A stretch of 62,068 nt of DNA, counting the filler, from Anaerolineae bacterium (GTDB lineage Bacteria; Chloroflexota; Anaerolineae; Epilineales; Epilineaceae): assembly GCA_029262755.1 (NCBI GenBank). It is 8 parts of 8 records of this genome, joined end to end, with 100 filler letters (N's around TTAATTAATTAA, not from the genome) between each part and the next. Parts side by side here need not be neighbours in the genome. Positions count along the whole stretch, not along the records: positions 49,947 to 56,205 come from JAJCYU010000295.1; positions 56,306 to 59,293 come from JAJCYU010000302.1; positions 59,394 to 62,068 come from JAJCYU010000305.1; 5 more parts are not named here. One strand, given 5' to 3'. Position numbers and translations under genes: made by a program. Positions within the stretch are counted from its first letter, which is position 1. Every line of letters begins with the position of its first letter. Shown here one piece after another: positions 51,892 to 61,610 of the stretch. A model generated the notes under the pieces. That model saw only the letters and a program-made list of their open reading frames with translations, had not been told where the DNA came from and did no database searches.

Positions 51892-52959
51892 TCACCGCAG
51901 CACCGTGAATTCCCCCCACCCTTCGCTTGCCAGCGCTTCGACAAGCGCGTGATAGCCGGCCTCGTGTGCGCGCCAAGCCCGCCACCACAGGCTGCCTCCA
52001 CCATCGGGCACCAGCTCCCAAGCGGCTGTGGTGGGCACCATCGTGGGTGACATGGGTCCCGTTGTTTCGCCTGTAGCCCGTGCCGGCGAGATGATGTCGG
52101 CGCGGAGTCCCGTGACCACAACGCCGAACGAACATGGCGCGCTCTCCACCCTGCAGCCGGCCCCGAAGTATCCCTGCGCCACGGCCGCTTGCTCCCCCTC
52201 GGCCGTGGCGGGCAGGGCTGCCGCGAGCAGCGACCGGAGCGAGGATGGTTCCAACCGCAGACCCCAACCCTCAGTCGCCCACGGTGGATCGACGCGCAAC
52301 AACGGGCCCGCGAGCATGGACAAGGCTCGCGCGTCCGCACCGCCGACCACCTCGAGCACGGGGCCCAGCCCGTCCGCCTCCGCCTCCGCGCGCCCCACGA
52401 AGCGCACGACCACGCCGGCAGGCGCGGGGTAGCGCCCGGCAGCGTCCGGCGGGGGCGTGGCGGTCGGCGCCGACGTGGGCTGGGCCGGAGCCGGGTAGCC
52501 CGATTGCACGGGGGTACGAAGGTAGGTCCGAGATCCGCGGTTGCGCACGCCGGCGCGGCCAGACCGGTCTCCGTCGATACCCTGCGCTTCCGACGGGCGC
52601 AGGGTGGCGCTCCGAACGGAGCCGCCCGACCATCGCCACGACCCTGAGGCTTCGGATGCTCCCGTCGAGGCGAACGAGGGCCCGTCTGCCACGACTCCCC
52701 CCGCCACGAACGCGATCGCACACGCAACGCCGAGCGCTCCTCTCGCCGGCCATGCGTTTGCAGAGTGACCCGCGATCGTGACGGACCTCGCGACTACCGA
52801 CCTCGCCGCGACGACCACGGTTCTCGCGATCGCAGACCGCGTCACGACGACCACCGACCCCACGATCGCAGACCGCGTCGCGACGTTCACGGACCCCGCG
52901 ATCGCCAACCGCGTCGCGGAGGCCGCCAACCCCAACCCCCGCGCAAGCGCCCCGTTCAT
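51892..52959 (-). CDS. Hypothetical exported protein with repeat-expanded N-terminus and YPAP motifs
   Basis: ATGA overlap with the M23 gene and GGAGG RBS; hydrophobic ALGVACAIAFVAGGVVA; GYPAP...RYPAP. Confidence 0.6.
   Translation of the reverse strand: MNGALARGLGLAASATRLAIAGSVNVATRSAIVGSVVVVTRSAIARTVVVAARSVVARSVTIAGHSANAWPARGALGVACAIAFVAGGVVADGPSFASTGASEASGSWRWSGGSVRSATLRPSEAQGIDGDRSGRAGVRNRGSRTYLRTPVQSGYPAPAQPTSAPTATPPPDAAGRYPAPAGVVVRFVGRAEAEADGLGPVLEVVGGADARALSMLAGPLLRVDPPWATEGWGLRLEPSSLRSLLAAALPATAEGEQAAVAQGYFGAGCRVESAPCSFGVVVTGLRADIISPARATGETTGPMSPTMVPTTAAWELVPDGGGSLWWRAWRAHEAGYHALVEALASEGWGEFTVLR
52775..52918. repeat. About 4 degenerate 36-bp tandem repeats (12-aa unit)
   Basis: GATCGCAGACCGCGTCACGACGACCACCGACCCCAC / GATCGCAGACCGCGTCGCGACGTTCACGGACCCCGC / GATCGCCAACCGCGTCGCG; protein ATRLAIAGSVNV ATRSAIVGSVVV VTRSAIARTVVV AARSVVARSVTI. 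Confidence 0.8.
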
Positions 52960-54317
52960 CGCGGTTCCTCCCGCGATGTCATCGTCCGGTCTTCGCATTG
53001 GCGCGTGAAGCGCACCGCGTCGGCGAGGACGGCGCGGCACGCTCCCGTGTAGGCCCAGTTGCCCGGCAGCGCGCTGCCGTTGCGTAGCTCGACGGAAGGG
53101 GCGCTCGGGAAGTCGAACACGCCCAAGGGCACCCACACGTTGCCTTCCGCGTGCTGGTCGATGACGGAGACCGGGTGGTCGGCGGGCCGACCCGCGACGT
53201 AGTACGGCACGGCATGCGCGGGCGGGATCCTGCGCCAGGCGGGGAGATAGATGTCCACGCCATAGCGCCCCGGTGGCAGTGCTGCGCGCCAGCGCGCCCA
53301 ATGCGTGGGGCGTGTGCCTTCCGGCGGGGCGTGGAGCAGGCGCCCTCGAAGCCCACCGTTGGCCGTTTGCCAGGCGCACGGGGCGGCGCCGCAACCGCGA
53401 TCGAAGCCAGGGTCCTGATCGTCTACGATCACCGGCTCGCCGCACCATGATGGGCAGACGGGTCCCCGGCCGACCGTGGGCGCGAGCCTGCGCTCGCTGG
53501 CGGGGCCGCCCGCCACGAACCACGGATCGAGCGCGTCCGGGAGCGGTCGATCCGCGAGCCCGCGCCAGTCCGCGTTCCAGCCGTAGGGGTCGAAGGCGTG
53601 CCATATGCCGGGGCCGTCCGGACGGAACGCTCCCAGGTGGAGGTGCGGCCCCGCGGAGTTGCCCGTGTCGCCGCTCGCGCCGAGGCGTTGGCCGCGTGCA
53701 ACCGCCTGCCCCACGCGGACGTCGATCCCGGACAAATGCCCGTAGAGGGACTCCTCGCCCTCATGCGCGACGCGCACCATCAGACCGTAGCCGAGCTCGT
53801 GGTCCGCGACCTGAACGCCGCATAGGGGATCGCGCGGCTCACCCGGTGCGTGCCAGCCGGCGTAGGTCACCGTGCCGGCGCGGACCGCGTGCACACCACG
53901 CTTTAGGTTGCGCCAGGCGTCATCACGAGTGCGGAAGTCCCATCCGTTGTGCCCCTCGTAGAGCCTGCGGTTATCGATCGTGTCGTTGTAGAGCCGAAGC
54001 ACGCCGTTGTGCCCGGTACAGCGTGGGTTCCCGTTGGGCGGGCAGCCGTAACTGGGGTGCTCATGGTCGAACACCGCGCTGATCGGTGCTTGTTCGCCGC
54101 ATAAGGGTGCGAGCCACGGCGCTCCCGCCGCTTGCTGCGCGGCGATCGGCGCGGCGGGGAGGCCGAGCATCAACGCGCCCGTCCAAGCTCCGGCCACGAT
54201 CAGGCGCGTCGCGCGTTCAAGGCCTGCGTAGCGCCTGAATCGCGCCCGGCGCCCCCGGCGTGCAATCTCCTGTCGGCGGCCCCAATCGGCCCCGGGTCTC
54301 ACGGTTGAATCGTTCAT
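52956..54317 (-). CDS. M23 family metallopeptidase with C-terminal golvesin-like beta-sandwich
   Basis: HNGWD (HxxxD), YGHLS, GDTGNSAGPHLH (HxH); VIVDDQDPGF...IDQ...WVPLGVFDF...ADAVRF. Confidence 0.88.
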   Translation of the reverse strand: MNDSTVRPGADWGRRQEIARRGRRARFRRYAGLERATRLIVAGAWTGALMLGLPAAPIAAQQAAGAPWLAPLCGEQAPISAVFDHEHPSYGCPPNGNPRCTGHNGVLRLYNDTIDNRRLYEGHNGWDFRTRDDAWRNLKRGVHAVRAGTVTYAGWHAPGEPRDPLCGVQVADHELGYGLMVRVAHEGEESLYGHLSGIDVRVGQAVARGQRLGASGDTGNSAGPHLHLGAFRPDGPGIWHAFDPYGWNADWRGLADRPLPDALDPWFVAGGPASERRLAPTVGRGPVCPSWCGEPVIVDDQDPGFDRGCGAAPCAWQTANGGLRGRLLHAPPEGTRPTHWARWRAALPPGRYGVDIYLPAWRRIPPAHAVPYYVAGRPADHPVSVIDQHAEGNVWVPLGVFDFPSAPSVELRNGSALPGNWAYTGACRAVLADAVRFTRQCEDRTMTSREEPR

Positions 54318-54372
54318 GGATGCAGCGTACGGGATGAACGGTTGCGGCAGAGAGGGGGTGCGCGCCGGAATC

Positions 54373-54429
54373 GCGACACGGCTGCGACACGTTGGCGACA
54401 TCCGCGCGCTGCGTCCCGCGATCTATAAT
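54373..54429 (+). promoter_or_regulatory. Three GCGACA direct repeats at 11-bp phase plus a TATAAT -10 box
   Basis: GCGACA at 54373, 54384 and 54395; TATAAT at 54424-54429; divergent intergenic region. Confidence 0.55.
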
Positions 54430-54557
54430 CGCATGGGTCGATGCTCACCTATGCCCGTCGCGATGGACCCCCCGCCCCCCGCGAGATCACTGCTGCGCAC
54501 GGATGCCCGCGTGCATATCGCGTCTTGGTGCGACCACTCTTCCCGTCCTCTCCATCC

Positions 54558-54595
54558 TCCCGCCTTCCCATTCGGATCCCGCCTTCCCATTCGGA
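54558..54595. repeat. Perfect 19-bp tandem duplication
   Basis: TCCCGCCTTCCCATTCGGA x2. Confidence 0.85.
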
Positions 54596-54637
54596 CCACC
54601 CGAGCCCCCGCTGTGCTCGATCTCCTCGGAGCCCTCC

Positions 54638-56062
54638 ATGACCTCGACGATGACCATGCACCCGGCCGGCGCCGTGCCTTCCTCGGCGGGCAGTCAGACG
54701 AACGAGACGCGCTCGCAGCGCTTCGCGGCGGTGATCGGGCTCCTCCTCGGCCTAGTGCTCGTCGGAGGCGGTTGTCGCGCGGTGCCGGTGAACGTGGACG
54801 GCGAGGCCGCTCCAGACGCGAACGCCGTCGCGGGCGATCCGGACGGCGGGTCGGGCGACGGGGTTCGAGGCTCCGGCGATGGCGGCGATACCGATCAGGG
54901 CGGGCGGACATCGCCCGATGGCGCAGCGCGACCCGCGTCGCCGGCGCCCTACGAGGGCCGTGTCGCGGGCCGTGTGCTCGTCATCGCCGCGGACGATGAC
55001 CTCGACGATCCGACGAACGTCGCCTGGTCCTACGAGCCGGTGGGTGGTGAGGCCACCCGTTTGTGGCGCACGGAGGAGCCGGAGGTGCTCGCGTGGCGAG
55101 CTTCGCCGGACGGACGACATGCGTCGTACCGCGAATCGTGGCACGCCGAACCGCGCACGGAAGCGTTGGTCGCCCGCGCGCTCGAGCCTGGAGCGGAGGC
55201 CGACTATCTGGTGCTGCTGGATCCGGAGGTGGGCCGGTTGGCCGGCCATGCATGGGCGCCGAGCAGTGATGCGATCGCTTACGGCCGGCAGCTAGGCGGG
55301 CCGGAGCGCTTCGACAACGAGGGCGAGGGCCCGACGGGCTGGGAGCTGCGGGCGGTCAGCGTCGGCGGTGCGCGCTCGGAGAACGACAGCAACGACCGGG
55401 TCCTCTGGCGCGCCGAGCCGGACGACGCGGCCGCCTGGGCGCCGCGATTGCTCGCGTGGCATCCGGAGAGCGCGCGTGCGATTGTAGTCGCCGCGCCGCG
55501 CGACGGCGGCCTGCTCACCGAGCTGTGGTGGGTGGACACCGCGGCGGGTCGCCTCGCGGCGCGCCACGCACCGCTTACGCCGGCGATCGAGGCAGCCGTA
55601 GCGCCTGGCGGCCAGCGCGTTGCGTGGCTCGATCCCGAAGGGGGGTTGAGCGTTTGGGACGTCGACACGGGTGCCGAGATCGCGGCCTGGCCCGCGCCGC
55701 CCGGCAGCGGCTTCGCGACGCGACCCCTGTGGTCGGCAGACGGTGCGTGGGTTGCGTGGACGGTCTATCACGATGACGGCGCGACCACGCGCGGCACCGT
55801 GCGTTGGGCGCGTGTGGCGGATGCGGCCGATGCGCACGTGATCGAGCGGCCGGATTGGAGCGTGGAGCCTCTAGCGTTCGGCCCGGTTAACGAGCTGCTC
55901 GTGGCGGCGGAAGCGTTGACGCCACCTGACCCCACCGCTCCGGTCACCGAACTTCCCGAGCGAGAGCTGTGGATCGTCGAAACGCCGGACGCCGCGCCCG
56001 GTGCGGCCGGCTGGAGCCTCCCGACGGGTGCCTGGGATGCGGCGTGGGCGGCGGAAGGCTAG
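54638..56062 (+). CDS. Putative lipoprotein with TolB/WD40-like propeller
   Basis: RFAAVIGLLLGLVLVGGG-C lipobox; ASPDG, AWAPSS, AWHPE, VAPGG, LWSADG blades. Confidence 0.75.
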   Translation: MTSTMTMHPAGAVPSSAGSQTNETRSQRFAAVIGLLLGLVLVGGGCRAVPVNVDGEAAPDANAVAGDPDGGSGDGVRGSGDGGDTDQGGRTSPDGAARPASPAPYEGRVAGRVLVIAADDDLDDPTNVAWSYEPVGGEATRLWRTEEPEVLAWRASPDGRHASYRESWHAEPRTEALVARALEPGAEADYLVLLDPEVGRLAGHAWAPSSDAIAYGRQLGGPERFDNEGEGPTGWELRAVSVGGARSENDSNDRVLWRAEPDDAAAWAPRLLAWHPESARAIVVAAPRDGGLLTELWWVDTAAGRLAARHAPLTPAIEAAVAPGGQRVAWLDPEGGLSVWDVDTGAEIAAWPAPPGSGFATRPLWSADGAWVAWTVYHDDGATTRGTVRWARVADAADAHVIERPDWSVEPLAFGPVNELLVAAEALTPPDPTAPVTELPERELWIVETPDAAPGAAGWSLPTGAWDAAWAAEG

Positions 56063-56305
56063 GGCGTGCTGATCGAGCCGTCGTGCGGGTGGGGTTCGGT
56101 ACGGACCGCGACGACACCGCTGCCGGCAACGATCGCCGCGCGGCTGCAAGCGACGGCCGGCCTTGTACGTCCGACCACCATGATCTCCTGCCTCGCGACC
56201 GTGCGNNNNNNNNNNNNNNNNNNNNNNNNNNNNNNNNNNNNNNNNNNNNTTAATTAATTAANNNNNNNNNNNNNNNNNNNNNNNNNNNNNNNNNNNNNNN
56301 NNNNN

Positions 56306-57875
56306 CCACCGTGCCGTCGGGTGCGTCGTCCAGGTCGGCGGGCGCTCCTGCATTGAACTGGGAACGGCCAAACACTCCTGCTTGCGGAGGACCCTGCGTG
56401 GTGGAGCGCCTCCCTAAGCGGCCGATCTCTTGGCCCGTGGAGTCTAGGATGACGACTTCATAGCGCGTTCGATCCATGATATAGGTGCGCCTGTTGGAAC
56501 CGACGGCGACCGCTCCGTACCAGCCTAGGGGCGACATATCCGGCGGGTGGATGAACCAGCGCTCGCCCAAATCAGACCCTGCTTCGAGAACGTACAGACC
56601 ATCGTCTTCGCTGCCGGATACGCGAATTCGGCCGTCCCGGCCGACCGCAAACTCCCACGAATCGGTCATGACACGGCGCGGAAGAGCCGGTGCACCGATC
56701 GCAGCGCGAAACACGCCTTCGGACGTGAATCGCACGACCCGTTGGTTGGCCGGGTCGGTCACGAGCACATCGCCGTCCGGCGCGACGGCCATTCCGAAGC
56801 CCGAGTGCTGGTCGAGGACCCGCGACCAGCGCAGCGTGCCCAGCCCTCTTCGCGTTGCCGTCCAAGCCGTGTCCGCGCCGCCCGAGCGGTCGATTCGCGT
56901 GATCATGATCTCGAGCCGCGTGGCCCCGAGTCCATAGTCAAAGCGTAGTCTTCGCGCCTCGTATACATCTCCCGCATGGGTAGCGACGATCCCAAGTCCT
57001 ATGCGGTGCGCGCCCAGAAGGGCCTGCCGCTGGACGGCGCCGTCCGCCGCGACATGCACCAGCTGATCGCCCTCCCCTTCGTACACCACGACGAAGAACC
57101 CATCGTCGGGCGCCGCCGTGACGCCGTGTCGCGCGTTGGGTAGTTCGATCGTCTCCCCGCTTGGCAGACCCGTCCCCGTGTCGAGGATCGTCACGTTGCC
57201 GTCGGCCAATTGGACGATGAGCCCGGCACCGGACGGCGTGACGTCCAAGCTTCCTGACCCCATCTCGACCAAGTTCCAGACGTCGAGCAGGCGGCCGTCG
57301 CCGCTGTACACAACGATCCGCTCCGCCCACTCTTCGGCGACGAAGAGCCGTCCGTCGACCGACGCGGCGACGGCCACGGGTGTATGCAGGCGCGCCTCCG
57401 AATCGCCTTCGCCGCCCCACGCGCGCACGAACGTACCCGTCTCGTCTCGCTGCTGGATCCGGTCCGCAGCCGAATCCACGATATAGATCGAGCCCGCGAA
57501 CGGCGATCCGGCGGGTGCAACCGCCACATCCGTCGGGTAGATGAGCCATGTGGCGTCCGGAGTCTCGTCGACCGCGAACAACGGCACGGGGTCGACGTCA
57601 CCGGGGCCGGATTGCGCGGACGTTCGAGCGCCGGCCGCTTCGGCTCCGGCGGTGGCCGCGAGAACCATCGCAGGTTGCGTCGTCCGAGTGTCGATCCACG
57701 TCGCTGTCGACGACCGCGCGGCTGCGCTCAGGCAGAGGGCCGCGAATACGATGGCGTGAACGGACACAGCGGCGGGCACGGAAGCCGATGCGCGATCGGG
57801 AGTCGCGACACGAACGGCGACGCGCCACGGCATAGGATGTCTTGGACTCTCAGGCATCCGGCGGTCCTCCGCCAT
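56306..57875 (-). CDS. Exported NHL-repeat protein, 3' truncated; start uncertain
   Basis: PTDVAVAP...IYIVDSAADRIQ, PVAVAASVDGRLFVAE, MAVAPDGDVLVTDPANQRVVRF. Confidence 0.8.
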
Positions 57876-58205
57876 GGGCAGATGTTGAGCGGGCATGGGG
57901 CCGAGTCGCCTCCGTCGTCCGCTTCTTGTTCGAACGCCGGATCGTGATCGCAATGCGGCTCGCGCAGGCGCGCCTTTTGGTCGGCCTTTGTGCTCGTTCC
58001 AGCTTAGGTCCGACCTTCAGGGTCTGCAAAGGCCTTCCGCGTGCGCTCGAAAAGCGTGCCCGCCGATCGGCCCATTGTCGCAATTCGTGCGCAACATGGT
58101 CGCCGACCGCCTTGCGGTGAATCGCGACAAGACGCGATCCTAAGGACGCAGAGCCCCAAAACGTCCTCTGCGACACGTAGCGCCCACGTGCTTGAATCGC
58201 CATGA

Positions 58206-58259
58206 TGTCTACAGTGTCTACGGTGCCTACATTGCCTACGTCGAAAGCGTTGCCTACAA
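58206..58259. repeat. Phased 9-bp direct repeats TG[TC]CTAC upstream of the TA operon (putative operator)
   Basis: TGTCTACAG TGTCTACGG TGCCTACAT TGCCTACGT (9-nt gap) TGCCTACAA. Confidence 0.75.
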
Positions 58260-58301
58260 TTCGCGAGCCATCGAACCAATGACGAGTCTACGGAGCAAAC
58301 C

Positions 58302-58553
58302 ATGGCCATCCTGAACATACGAAACCTTCCCGACGAGACCCATGCGCGGCTACGCGTACGAGCGGCCATGGCCGGACGGAGCATGGAGGCCGAGGCACGG
58401 GAGATCCTCAACGCTGCCTGCGACGCGCTGCCGTCTGAGCGGCCGGGCTCGACACTCCAAGAGCTCGTGGACGATCTCTATGGGGCGCGGCGCCCCGAAG
58501 GCGTCGTGGACGCGCTGATCGCGGATCGACGACACGAGGCGGCCGGCGAGTGA
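58302..58553 (+). CDS. FitA-like ribbon-helix-helix antitoxin
   Basis: MAILNIRNLPDETHARLRVRAAMAGRSMEAEAREIL; GGAG RBS. Confidence 0.9.
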   Translation: MAILNIRNLPDETHARLRVRAAMAGRSMEAEAREILNAACDALPSERPGSTLQELVDDLYGARRPEGVVDALIADRRHEAAGE

Positions 58554-58927
58554 TCGTCTTGGATGCTTCCGCGTTGCTGGCGTTCATGTTCCGCGAGCCT
58601 GGGCACGAGCAAGTGGCGGACGTCATCGACGATAGCTGCATCAGCGCCGTCAACCTCTCCGAGGTCATCGGGCGATTCGTGCCCGACGGTCACGATGCGC
58701 TGACCGTGTTGCAGCGCATCGCGAGCACGAGCATCGAGGTTGTGCCCTTCACCGCTGCAGACTGCGCGATCGCCGCGGCCCTCGTCCCAAAGACGAAGCC
58801 GCATGGCTTCTCCCTCGCCGATCGCGCCTGCCTGGCCCTCGCGCTGTCTCGCGGGCTGCCGGCGATGTCGGCCGATCGCGCCTGGGGCGACGTGGAGCTG
58901 GGCGTGCAGGTGCGTCTGATTCGGTAG
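58550..58927 (+). CDS. vapC: VapC-family PIN-domain toxin
   Basis: IVLDASALLA, SAVNLSEV, SLADRACLALA, SADRAW; GTGA overlap with the antitoxin. Confidence 0.92.
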   Translation: MIVLDASALLAFMFREPGHEQVADVIDDSCISAVNLSEVIGRFVPDGHDALTVLQRIASTSIEVVPFTAADCAIAAALVPKTKPHGFSLADRACLALALSRGLPAMSADRAWGDVELGVQVRLIR

Positions 58928-58984
58928 TTGATCGCGCATTCGGTCGCAGAGCAATCCGAGCTCGGCGAACTAGACCCGCTGCGC

Positions 58985-59293
58985 CTAACGCGCCGCCCAG
59001 GGCAGGACGATGCGGCTCGCGACGGCCGCACCGGGCGTCGGACTCGGCTGGCCGGTAGCCGGCGGGATGGCCGTCCCCGTCGCCACGCCGGTTGGCTGCG
59101 GGGTCCCCGTCGCCGCGCTCGTCGCAATCGGGCGCACCGTCGCTGTCCCCGTCGCCGTCGCGCGCGGCGCCACCGTCGGCGCGCCTTCGGGGCGCCATTC
59201 GTCCGCGCCGACGTCGGCGGTCTCGCCCCACGGTCGGGGCTCGCCGTCCACGTCGTCCGCGACGGCGGCGATGTCGCCCGGCGCCACGGCGCC
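58985..59293 (-). CDS. C-terminal fragment of an exported protein (choice-of-anchor Q-like end, Pro/Thr linker, IVLPWAAR)
   Basis: DDVDGEPRPWGETADVGADEW, then a PT/AT linker, then RIVLPWAAR-stop. Confidence 0.75.
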   Translation of the reverse strand, partial: GAVAPGDIAAVADDVDGEPRPWGETADVGADEWRPEGAPTVAPRATATGTATVRPIATSAATGTPQPTGVATGTAIPPATGQPSPTPGAAVASRIVLPWAAR

Positions 59294-59737
59294 NNNNNNN
59301 NNNNNNNNNNNNNNNNNNNNNNNNNNNNNNNNNNNNNTTAATTAATTAANNNNNNNNNNNNNNNNNNNNNNNNNNNNNNNNNNNNNNNNNNNNCGCGCAG
59401 CAATCGGCGCCACAGGTCCAGTGCCTGGGCGGGGCGCGATGGAGGCGGCATCGTGGTCACGTTGGAACAGCGTACTCGTTCGTGGACGATATCGTCGTCG
59501 TGGCCCTTCGCAAGCCCGGTCGTGCCGAGCCAGCGGTTCCGCAGTCACACGCTGGCAGCCAGCAATCACGCGGGTTCGAGTGCGATTCGCGGCAGGAGCA
59601 GGTTCGCACTGCGTTTCCGGGGCTCTCGGAGACCCCTTCGGGCCGTCCTCGGGTTCGTTCGGCGAGGTGCGCCGACGGCGCCGCCGCCCGCGCCGTGTGG
59701 CGGGGTGCTCGCAGGCCCGGTCGGTGCGCGCGGCGCG

Positions 59738-60970
59738 TCAGCCGGGGGCGACGCCGCGGCCCGGCTCGCGGTAGAGGCAGGCCTGGACGAGTCTGACGAC
59801 GTGCTGGAGCGACTCGCGCGCCCGGCGCGCGGGCTTGACGGCGCGCCTGTAGAAGGCCCGCATCACGTTCATCGCCAGGAAGCCGAGCAGCAGGATCGCC
59901 CGCATGGCGTGCGCGTCGTGGCGGTAAACGTGGTCGAGGCCCCAGTGGTTGACGGCCTCGTTGAAGCCCTGGTTCTCGATGTCCCAGCGGGCGTGGCCGA
60001 GATCGACGAGGGCGCGGCTCGACGCGCGTGCACGCGAGAGCGTCGTGACCCACATCCACTCGTTCGTCTCGTCTTCCAACTCCCCGTCGAGTTGACGACG
60101 GATCGTCCTAGTCTCGAGCGTACACACCACACGCACCGGTCGGCCGAGCGAGGACCACGAGGTCAGATCCTCGATGTCCCAGCACGCGACGTGCACCTTG
60201 CCGTCCTTGCGGCGGAAGATCTGTGGGGACTGCATGTCGCAGAGCGCCTGTGCGTCCCGGTGGAGCTCGCGTTCTTCCTGCTTGAGGACCACGAGCACGT
60301 CCTTGCCCATGGCGAGCACCGCGTGGAAGAAGGGCGCCTGCGCATAGAAAGCGTCGGCCAAGACGACGTCGAAGGCGCGCGGGTAGGCGGCCACGACGCG
60401 TCGGAGCAGGCGCAGTGCGGCGGCGACCTCGTTCTCACCGTCGCGGAGGTCCTCGGCGTCGAGCAGGTGATGGTGGTCGTCGCCGCCGAGCGCGCATGCC
60501 ACGTAGCGGTGGTAGTACTGCGTGCGCTCACCGGCGGCCGTCTTCACGGTGCGCTTGAGGCAGCCCACACAGCAGCGGCGGTAGCTCGCCGTGCTCTCGT
60601 GTCCGTCGAGCACCAAGGGCACGAGTCCGTGCCACGGCGCGGGCAGCGCCTTGTTGCGCTTGAGCCGCGTGTAGAGCGCGTGGTGCGCCGCGCGGATCTG
60701 CGTGATGTCTAGCCCCGCGGCCACGCGGCCCTGCGTGTCGGCGCTCGGCAGCGGGCCGCCGACGAGACGTCGCCAGCGCGCAGTCCGGCCCGTCTGTTCC
60801 AGGGCGTTGAGACTGCCGACGCGCGCCAGGTGCATGGTGAAAAGTGCACCCACCACGCGCGAGGTGACGATGCGCGGCCGTGGGCGAGTGTCACCGACGG
60901 CGCCGAGCGCGGCGACGACGGTGCCCAGCCGCCTCTCCATGTAGCCGAGCACGCGTCCGAGCAGCGTCAG
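59738..60970 (-). CDS. DDE transposase (IS4-superfamily/ISAs1-like, DDE_Tnp_1 type)
   Basis: [41 protein letters not shown]. Start proposed at a CTG overlapping the upstream TGA. Confidence 0.85.
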   Translation of the reverse strand: MTLLGRVLGYMERRLGTVVAALGAVGDTRPRPRIVTSRVVGALFTMHLARVGSLNALEQTGRTARWRRLVGGPLPSADTQGRVAAGLDITQIRAAHHALYTRLKRNKALPAPWHGLVPLVLDGHESTASYRRCCVGCLKRTVKTAAGERTQYYHRYVACALGGDDHHHLLDAEDLRDGENEVAAALRLLRRVVAAYPRAFDVVLADAFYAQAPFFHAVLAMGKDVLVVLKQEERELHRDAQALCDMQSPQIFRRKDGKVHVACWDIEDLTSWSSLGRPVRVVCTLETRTIRRQLDGELEDETNEWMWVTTLSRARASSRALVDLGHARWDIENQGFNEAVNHWGLDHVYRHDAHAMRAILLLGFLAMNVMRAFYRRAVKPARRARESLQHVVRLVQACLYREPGRGVAPG

Positions 60971-61288
60971 TCCTTGGCCTCGCCGGCCCGCACCCGCTGC
61001 CAGTGGATCTCCCAGAGTTCCTCGAGGATGTCGCGCAATTCGGAGTCTTGATCGAGCCAGCGCCGCGTCGTCTCGCGCTGCGCCTTGGAGACGTAGAGCT
61101 GTCGCAGCTTGCCCTGATGCTGTCGGTAGACGTACGTGGAGTGATGCCGCGGATCGCCCGGCTGGGCGCAATGACAGGTCTTGCGCCCACAGCCGCGCTG
61201 GCGCTCGATCCAGGAGCCGTGCAGGAGGCCCGCGCCCGAGAGGATTTGGACCGCGCGTGAGCGCAACTCGCGCTCGTGCGGCGACATG
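60967..61288 (-). CDS. IS-associated small Cys/His protein (DUF6788-like)
   Basis: [46 protein letters not shown]; start uncertain (61288, 61314 or 61335). Confidence 0.75.
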
Positions 61289-61610
61289 GCGCTGCGTGAG
61301 AAGTCAGGGCTCATCGACAGAGGATAACGCGTCATGATCGATAATGTATATCGACCGTATTGCGGGCGACCTTCAACACTAACTCGAATGCGAAACTGCT
61401 CGACCGACGGCAGAGTGGACAAACCCCGCAACGGCGCGGGTCTCAGCGCCGATCACCTACGGGATTGCGGAACCGCTGGCAGCGGGGTCGGGCACGTTGT
61501 GAGCAGCGGGGTCGGGCACGGACTGTCGGGGCTACCCCGGCAATCGGTGCCTGGATCGGGATGATACTTCTCCACACGTCCAGCGCGCAGCCGCTCCGCG
61601 AACGCTCAAC

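Larger units (their letters stand above)
59596..61401 (-). mobile_element. About 1.8-kb two-gene IS element (accessory gene + DDE transposase)
   Basis: Imperfect TIRs GAGCAGGTTCGCACT (59596-59610) and GAGCAGTTTCGCATT (reverse complement of 61387-61401) enclose both ORFs; no clear target duplication. Confidence 0.75.

Noticed and set aside
52775..52918. 36-bp periodicity as a CRISPR array
   Set aside because: Contiguous degenerate repeats without spacers, in frame in a CDS, and no cas genes.
56059..56205. Possible minus-strand gene 3' end (RTVARQEIMVVGRT...ISTP*)
   Set aside because: Too short and without motifs to support a call.
61479..61520. 18-bp direct repeat GCAGCGGGGTCGGGCACG x2 near the IS end
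   Set aside because: Both copies are on the same side of the IS, so it is not a target duplication; probably a local duplication.
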